In this document: piece by piece, positions 56,426-64,000 of the stretch
How positions within the stretch are numbered: the stretch's first letter is position 1
Layout of the letters: each line of letters starts with the position of its first letter
Origin: Phyllobates terribilis
Lineage: Eukaryota
NCBI RefSeq assembly: GCF_046119375.1
Contig: NW_027362762.1
Location: 407,030,001 to 407,094,000, forward strand
Direction of reading: 5' to 3'
DNA: 64,000 bases
Translations under genes and position numbers: made by a program
Notes under the pieces: generated by a model
Told to the model about the DNA's origin: nothing
The model's database searches: none
The model's input: the letters and a program-made list of their open reading frames with translations, nothing else

Positions 56426-58156
56426 GTGGGGCTGTGGCCTTTGAGTGACATTCAGGGGGCATAATTAATTGATAAAAAGCCACTCATGTCAAATTAATTG
56501 TTAAGGAGCACTAAGTGGCCATTTTTGATTTCTTGGGAAGTCAGAGCAATATTACTTAATAAAAGGCTATTTTAGTCATTATTATTTGTTAAGGGGGTAG
56601 ATAAGAGCATTATTATTGTCAAGGGGCACTTAAGTGGCTTTATTACTTTTAGAAACTCTGAAAAGGAATTATTACTTTAAAAGAGACAGCCACAGCAGTA
56701 TTATTTTATAAGGGTTTACTCAAGGCATTGTTACTTCATAAGAGGGCACTTGGAGAAATATAACCTCCAAAAGGGATACATATGGGACAGTATTCTTGTC
56801 TAGGAAAGATGGGAAAAGAAAAAGGACATAACAGCATTGTCATTTGTTAAAGTATCCACTATAATAAGAGTTTACCTCATTCATTGTGAACATGCATTTT
56901 TCTGGTTTGGTGGCCCAATAAGATGTGTTTCGGTTTAGTCCCCCTTAGCTACTCCTCTGGACCATACTTTTCTTCATGATGGTGATCATGATAATGACAT
57001 CCGCAATAGCTCAAATGGTCCACTCCTCAGGCAGGGAACCCAGTTTTACTAATCTGACGACTTTTTCATGGACTGTCTGGAGGCTGGAGGAGAGCCTTCT
57101 AAGTTTTCTTCTATTAACCAAAACTGGAAGACCAGACCCATATTCAAAATAACTATATTCTATAAAGCTTAATTTTGGGGGTATCAAACAGACAGAGCAT
57201 AAACCATATGCTAAGAGTCTTCTAAGTTTTCTACACTTCCGCAAAACACAACATGGTTAGCATTATTATTGTTAGAAATGCTTGAGAAAATATTTATTTA
57301 TGCACACCTCTTAGTTTTTTGATCCCAAGAATGTTGTACAGAATTTTTGATAAAATTGGGCAATTATAAATGCCTTTTTAATTTAAATATAAAATCATTT
57401 ATTGAGAAACATTTCAATTCAAAACTAGGGAGAGCGGGTTTAAGCTTTAGTCACATTCTTTGTAAGGTTAAACAAGAAAAAAAACTCAAGTCAACTAACT
57501 TTTGTATATGGAGCCTCTAAGTGAACAAATATAAGCAAATTTTTGGAATAGACATTACTCCCATCCTGACATCCAATGTACATGTATCTAATATGTCTGT
57601 GCATATGGACCAGGGTATAGATCTGAGCCCACAGCATACATGGCGTTGCAGTCTGCATTATACACCAGCCCCTGACAGTAATAATCCTTTTGTGAGGAGG
57701 TGGACCAGCTGCCGTGTTCCTATCAAGACATCAGTGGTACTGTGGTGTATAATATATAAGAGGTAATGTAATGTAGGATGTGATAATTTAATATTAATGT
57801 AGGAAAGTAATACAAGTTGTGTGTTAGAGTGTAGGCGAAAGATTAAGTCTGCCCAGCAACAAAAAGAGACAAAAGAAACCATGAAGTGTGCTGCCTGGTG
57901 CCCTGTGTACTTAAGTATGTTGCCAAGTAACGAGTGCCTTGTTTTTATGAACATGTCTGATGTCCTTGTCCTAAAGCCCAACTGACCTGGTGAGGAGAGG
58001 AATGCGACCGACTTGAAGATGAAGGTACTCATAGTAACCCTGCCACCATACACACATCCATAACTCTCAAATTACTGTAGCATGGAAGAGTGCCAGATAC
58101 AGAACACTCACCCATGGCTACCACCCCTGTATTGTTACATTCTGATTGCACCTATT

Positions 58157-60218
58157 CAGGGCTGCCATCAGTGCATTCCTGCCCTTAATGCTGTATGGGG
58201 CCCGGTGAGCAGCAATACAGAGGGGGGGCCCAGTCAGGTGTATGGTGTAACAAAGTGTCAAGTGCCGTCATTGCATACGTGCTGTCACCTGACCAGAAGT
58301 CCTGAGAAGTATGAGGGAGCTGGAGTGGCACAGCTGTGGAGCTCCGGGAAAGCACACAGCACCATTGCCAGGACACCAGAAGCCGAGCTGTGACTGCAGG
58401 TGATCGTAAGTGAGGTAAGTATGATCAAACTTTTTTCTTCCTTTTTCTTTCTAAAATGAATTAAATAGGTGAGGGCAGGGGGACTGGAAGTGATGGAGCG
58501 AGGGGGGCTGTAAATTATGGAGTGAGGAAGGCTGCAAGTGATAAAGTGAGGGGAGAGGGACTGCAAATGATGACATGAGGGGGCTTCAAATGATGGAGTG
58601 AGGGGGCTGCAAATGATGGGGGAGGAGGGTCTGAAAGTGATGAAGTGAGGGGAGGGGCACTGCAAGTGATAAAGTGAGGGGAGGGGGCTGCAAATGATAG
58701 AGTGAGTGGTTCTGCAAATGATGGCATTGGGGGGCTGAAAATGATGGAGTGAGGGGGCTGCAAATGAGGAGGGGAGGGTGGCTGCAAATGATGGAGTGAG
58801 GGGGTGGACTGCAAATGATGAAGTACAGAGTAGGGGCGTTAAGGTTGCAGGAGCATGACTGATTGAATTGGCAAAAAGAGTATGGGTGCGAACTAATATA
58901 TATATTAGGTGGGGAAAGTTGCTATTTATAGTTAGTGGGGGTGCAGTGGTGGATTACAGTTTATATTTGGAATGGTGGGTTGCATAATAACTAATGATGT
59001 ATTAATGGTGGGTGCACGTCTGCATTCAGCTGAGTAGAAGGAGAAAAATTGAGAAATGTGCTCTGTAAGCTGCTCTAGGTAACTGTGTGTTATTTTATGC
59101 AGAGATGAGTCCTGGCTGGAGGAAGTGATGGCAGTCTGCACTGGATGAAAAAGAAAAGCAAAGATGAAGGACTTCTACTAGAGACGTCACTTGTGAGTCA
59201 GAGTGTTACCGGTACACTTACACTATCCACTGTACACCATACACTATATATAGAGCTCCCATGTATAATCAATTTTTAGCCCTGTATTACCTGTACACTG
59301 ACACAATACAGTATATACTATATACAGAGCTCCTGTGTATAATATCACTGGTGTTCACTGTATTACCTGTACAGTATACACTATATGCAGAGCTCCTGTG
59401 TATAATGTCACTGATGATTCCTGTATTACCTGTACACTGACACTATATACAGAGCTCCCATGTATAATGACACTTATGGTGTTTTTTTTTATTAATGATA
59501 AGTATTGTAATATTCGGTCACTATGTGGTTGTAATATGTGGTCTGATGATGGTGTGGCGGTATTTGTTCCTTGTATGTGGCATTATTTAGTTGCTATGTG
59601 GTGGTAATATGTGATCTGGTCGAGGTGTGGTAGTATTTGTCCCTAGTATGTAGTATTATTTGGTTACTATGTTGCGGTAATATGTGGTCTGTTCATGGTG
59701 TGGCGGTATTTGTTCCTTGTATGTGGTATTATGTGGTTACTATGTAGTGGTAATATGTGGTCCGGCCATGGGGTGATGGTATTTCTCTTTTGTATGTGAT
59801 ATTATTGGTCATTTTAAAAAATGTACGTGACACATTCCCTTAAAGAAAAATAACTAAAAATATGCCTAAAAAGAGTATTGGATATTTAAGCCAATGTTTA
59901 ATAAGTTAAAGTAGCGTAGGGCCCGGCCAGAAGAGTCTCTTGGTCGAGGTGGCAGCTTAAAAAATCTTTTGGCCAAAAACAAAAGCTGCTGGCTATATAT
60001 TTGATCTGGTATTCGATGGGAAGTGTTAATGTGTTATTGGTGAAGATGTGATGCAAAAGTGGAGTTTATCCAAGAGTGAGGGGTGAGAGTGTAGAAGTTT
60101 TGAGGTGTGGAGGTGGAGCTGAGTTAGAGGTGGACCTCGGTTGGAGCCTGGGCGGAGTCTCAAGGGGGCCCAACAATTTTGCCAGGATGGGGCCCTGAAA
60201 TTCCTGGTGGCAGCACTG
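58157..60218. mobile_element. Non-autonomous hAT (CAG-type termini) filled with minisatellites
   Basis: TIRs cagggctgccatcag / ctggtggcagcactg (13 of 15); TSD cacctatt / ctcctatt (7 of 8); internal arrays at ~58480-58820, 59210-59470 and 59520-59810. Confidence 0.75.
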
Positions 60219-60908
60219 CTCCTATTTAACCATTTAAATGCCAACTCAAGCACTTACAGCAACATTTAAGTTACATGATTCGATGTAGATGTGTTTTGTG
60301 GTACCTATTGCATAATTTGATTGCAGTAGTGATGAACGACCACTAAAATGCTCAGGTACTCGTTTCTCGGGTCCAGCAAATTGGAATACTCGGGTGCTCG
60401 ACCCGAGCAACGAGCCCAATGTAAGTCTATGGGAAACTCGAGCATTTTTCAGACGGCTTCCCCCGGCGGTCTGCAGAGGGCCTAAAAATTGCCCAAATCG
60501 ATGGGAACAGTGCTCAAATGACATGGGGACAGCATGGGGAAGACCCCTGGAAGCATTTCTGACTCCCAGGTCACTTCTGTCAACAACGTTGTCAGAGGTA
60601 TTATGCCACTTTTACGGACTCACAATAAAACATACCAAAACAAAACCAAAATGGATTTTCCTGGGAAATATGTTAAGGAACATCCTTTCCATGACATGTA
60701 CAATGTATATAAAGCAAAATAAATAAGTAAAGACAAAAATACTCCTCCACACCTTGGGCTATGTTCACACGTAGCGTTTTTGATGCGTTTTTGCACTTTT
60801 GCATTGATTTCAACCAAGACAAATGCATTCACCAGGAAATTTCATTTTAACATTTTACAACCTTATCTGGCCATGTGGTGTGTGACACATCATCAGACAC
60901 ATGCATAC

Positions 60909-61331
60909 TGTTAAGATCTGCTACAAGCACTAAGGAAAGACAGGAGATCTGTCCCTACAATAGAACTAAACTGGATCCCTACGATGTAACGGGGAACCTG
61001 ATCCTGCGATCAGACCCGCTAAAATCCTCGGCTAGTCTGTACGAAGACCTATAGATGCAAGGGAGGGATCTCTACAAGAACTAGGGACTGGGATAAAGTT
61101 GGACACCTCCTAGCAGAAATTGTAGCAGTAAAAGACAAACCCACAACATAGAACATAGAGGTCAGAAGACCTAGCAAAACTAACAGAGAAAGGTAACAGA
61201 GCACCAAGCTAGCTCAAGAGTAGAAATTACAATGAAGTCCAGCAATGACAGGAGGGCGGAGCCGGATTAAATAGGCAAAAAAGGTCATGTGACCAGCAAA
61301 CTAGAAAAAAACCAACAGGAGAGTTCTAACA
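60909..61331 (-). mobile_element. Solo LTR (423 bp)
   Basis: tgttaaga...tctaaca; perfect 5-bp TSD CATAC (60904-60908 / 61332-61336); TATA-like ctatttaa on the minus strand. Confidence 0.88.
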
Positions 61332-61426
61332 CATACAGTGCTGAAAAGTCATGGGAACAGCATGGGGAAGACCTTTGGAAGCATCTCTGACTCCCAGGTC
61401 ACTTCCTAAAAGTGTGCCCATCATAA

Positions 61427-62930
61427 GTGATCCTTGGCGCATGCGAAGATGCCTCCCGCCATGAACCTGTCATTGCAGATTTGCAACAATCACCGTCCAC
61501 GTCCTTGTCCCACTGCAGCGTTCAGCTGTCCCTACCCCATTCCTTGGAATGCAGGCGCAAGTATGAAGGCAGCCACCCACCCACAGGCTGCAATACTATA
61601 CTGCCAAATTTTTGGCAGCTGCTTGCACTTGAAATGTGGCCTTTTAGGCTCGTGGAGGCGGAAGCTTTTCATAACTTCATGCCGGAGGCAGCCGGGTGTC
61701 CATACTCGGTCCCCAGCCGCCACTATATTTCCCGGTATCGCCTCTGCCTTCCACAAGCACGGGTCCCACAACATTACCCGTGCCCTCCCAGTGCACTTAC
61801 TGGGAAGGACCGCTTAACCACAAACACGTGGACAGGTGAATGTGGCCAGGGACAGTATGGAGCCAGTCCACAACTTTTTTTGCTGACAGTTGTATTTAGC
61901 TCGGTGAAAGAACTGGCATAGAGGGAAACCCTATCTACCCTGCATGTCATTTCTCACAGGAAGTCCTGTAATGCAGCTTGTTGCAGAAGCAATGGCAGCC
62001 CGTCCAACATCAACTCGCCCTTGTGGGTGATGCTTTGACACACACACATCTTTCTTTGCAAATTTAATTTCTTGAATACAGAGATTGACAATGGCCTCAT
62101 CTGAAATGCGGTTTGATAAAAAACATGCATAAGCATGGCCGATCCACATTAAAAAAAGCAGCCATAGAGTGTCCGGGAACCTTCCCCCACACTTTTCTTA
62201 GCCAGGGCTGCTTTTTGGCAGGGTTGGATGGGCCCACCAGAGAACCGGAGACTCCTCCGGCGGGCCCTGGCTTCTCCTTCAGGAGAGTTCATAGTGCCGA
62301 GGTGAGGCCATGATGATGATAGAGGCCACCATCTGCTTAGTTTTATGTTACTTGGAATGCAAGTGCAAGAATGCAGCCAGCCACCCACCCACCCACAGGC
62401 TGCAACACTAAACTACCAGATTTCTGGGCAGCTTTTTGCACTTGAAATATGGCCTTTTAGGCTCGTGGAGGCGGAAGCTTTTCACAACCTCATGCCGGCG
62501 GCGGCCGGGTGTCCTTACTCGGTCCCCAGCCGCCACTATATTTCCCGGTATCGCCTCCGCCTTCCACAAGCACGGGTCCCACACCATTACCCGTGCCCAC
62601 CTCAGTGCACTTACTGGGGAGGACCGCCTAACCACAAACACGTGGACAGGTGAATGTGGCAAGGGACAGTACAGAGCCAGTCACAACTTTTTTTGCTGAC
62701 AGCTGTATTTAGCTCGGTGAAAGGACTGGCATAGAGGGAAACCCTATCTACTCTGCTTGTTTTTCTCACAGGAAGTCCTGTAAAACTGCTTTCACTTGAA
62801 ATGTGGCCTTTTAGGCTTGTGGAGGCGGAAGCTTTTTACAACCACATGCCTCATGCCTCGTGTCCATACTCGGTCCCCTGCCGTCACTGTTTTTCCCGGT
62901 GTTGTCTCCGTCTTCTACAAGCGCGGGTCC
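61427..62930 (+). pseudogene. Three related copies of one hAT transposase segment (~61560-61870, 62370-62680, 62780-62930)
   Basis: Repeated LEMWPFRLVEAEAFHN.M...PYSVPSRHY...TTNTWTGECGQGQY. Confidence 0.85.
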
Positions 62931-63189
62931 CTGAACGTTACTGCTGGTACTTTTCTGTGGGAATTTGCTTGCCTCCTACCAGCCTGGAATATTTCCAGCA
63001 AACTATGGCACAACAACATGGTATTAGCACTGCCCCCAGTACCAGTAGCTAAGCGATCCCCAATTTCCTTCTCAGGAATTTTATTTGGTAGACTGAGTGG
63101 CTGCCCAAATACATTTTCTCACAAAGGAGCTGAAGATAGAGTGGCAGTAGGTGCAAGTTTCTCCAGTCTGTTAGATATTAGAGGGTGAA

Positions 63190-63320
63190 TGGCAGCACAT
63201 TGGATCAGTGGTTAGCACTGAAGCCTTGCAGCGCTGGGATTTTGGGTTCAAATTCCAGCAAGGACAACATCTGCAAGGACTTTGTATGTTTTCCCCGTGT
63301 TTGCGTGTGTTCCCACCTCA
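63190..63320 (+). mobile_element. tRNA-derived SINE 5' part (same family as 28174-28420)
   Basis: A-box-like tggatcagtggttagc; B-box-like ggttcaaattcc; then aaggacaacatctgcaaggactttgtatgttttccccgtgtttgcgtg. Confidence 0.75.
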
Positions 63321-64000
63321 GTAAAAAAGAAACCAAAGAGTGTCCGAGAACCTTTTCACACACTTTTATTAGCCAGTACTGCTTCTTGGCAGGGTTGGAC
63401 GGTCCCACCAGAAAATCCTCTGGTGTGCTTTGGCTTCTATCTCAGATGAGTTCATGATAGCGCTAACTTTGCAGCTGCTATGGGGCTCTTGAGCGGGGGA
63501 TAAAGGTTAGCCCTCAGAATCAAATCCTCTGGTGGGCACAATGTTTTTCAATCTGAAACAGCTTCTCAGTGGGAGTTGTATTTCACCACAGCCATATTCT
63601 TTAGCTTGGTGAAAGGACTGGGATAGAGGGAAACGGGGACACCGAATCTATCCCGGCTGTCATTTCTCCGTCACCAGGTTCCGCCCATTGTTACACACGA
63701 CCATGCCTGGCTGTATGTTCAGCGGTGAGAGCCACAGATCAGGCTGCCGTGTTACAGCTTTCAACAACTCTGCAGCGCTGTGCGGTTTGTCAATTAAGCA
63801 TTAAGCATGTTATCTTCAGCACAGCCTGTTGCTTCTTGGCCAAGGCAGTGCTGCAGTGCTGTCAGCTTGTGACTGATGTGGTCATTTCGGAGATGGAGGA
63901 GGAGGTGCATGAGCTGAACAATGTGATTGCATTGTTGTTAAATTGGTGACGCTGTTTTTTATACTAAAGAAAGATCCTATTGTTTTGGTTTTTTTACGTT

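Larger units (their letters stand above)
60327..64000. mobile_element. hAT-B-family derivative ('hAT-E'), running off the window end
   Basis: TIR tagtgatgaacgacc at 60327; 60327-60900 is homologous to 434-990; contains repeated transposase fragments. Confidence 0.8.

Noticed and set aside
57985-58060. Candidate minus-strand exon (MSTFIFKSVAFLSSP, cag|gtcagt donor)
   Set aside because: Splice motif only; no homology recognised and expected by chance.
708-63949. The many 60-150 aa ORFs in the track
   Set aside because: They are alternative or antisense frames of TE genes, repeats, LTRs or palindromes (for example the mirrored pair 40407-40610 and 40586-40789), with no independent coding evidence.
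1-64000. Uni-strand piRNA-cluster-like orientation bias
   Set aside because: Elements occur on both strands in similar measure (hAT-A, Gypsy, piggyBac and one Tc1 on plus; hAT-B, L1, L2 and three Tc1 on minus).

Overview
Vertebrate, almost certainly anuran (frog) genomic DNA. The taxon is inferred from the repeat families present. Most of the window is a nest of transposable elements, and I could not identify any host protein-coding exon. (1) An 11.5-kb hAT element (1575-13119, 8-bp TSD ATTAGGAA) has an intact 1233-aa BED-finger/DDE transposase and a 108-bp array with a 973-bp higher-order repeat. Its 3' part carries older, decayed cargo: a Tc1 remnant, an L1 RT fragment split by a solo LTR, and an 18S rRNA fragment. 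(2) A young, apparently intact chromodomain Gypsy (Tf1/sushi-type) LTR retrotransposon (13723-20371, TSD AAGAG) has a self-priming PBS and a GGGAAAC/pseudoknot -1 frameshift. Elements (1) and (2) both sit inside an older minus-strand hAT (~434-24348). (3) A decayed hAT (24360-30692) contains L2 and SINE insertions. (4) A 12.9-kb composite hAT (33643-46547, TSD GTGCCTAT) contains a 1.77-kb tandem duplication, a perfect 205-bp-arm palindrome with mirrored hammerhead-like motifs, and a complete intron-containing piggyBac one base from intact. (5) There are several Tc1/mariner elements with DD34E, DD35E and DD37E-type spacing, plus hAT and Harbinger MITEs, a second solo LTR and tRNA-derived SINEs. 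Identity values and alignments were estimated by eye; no database search was run.
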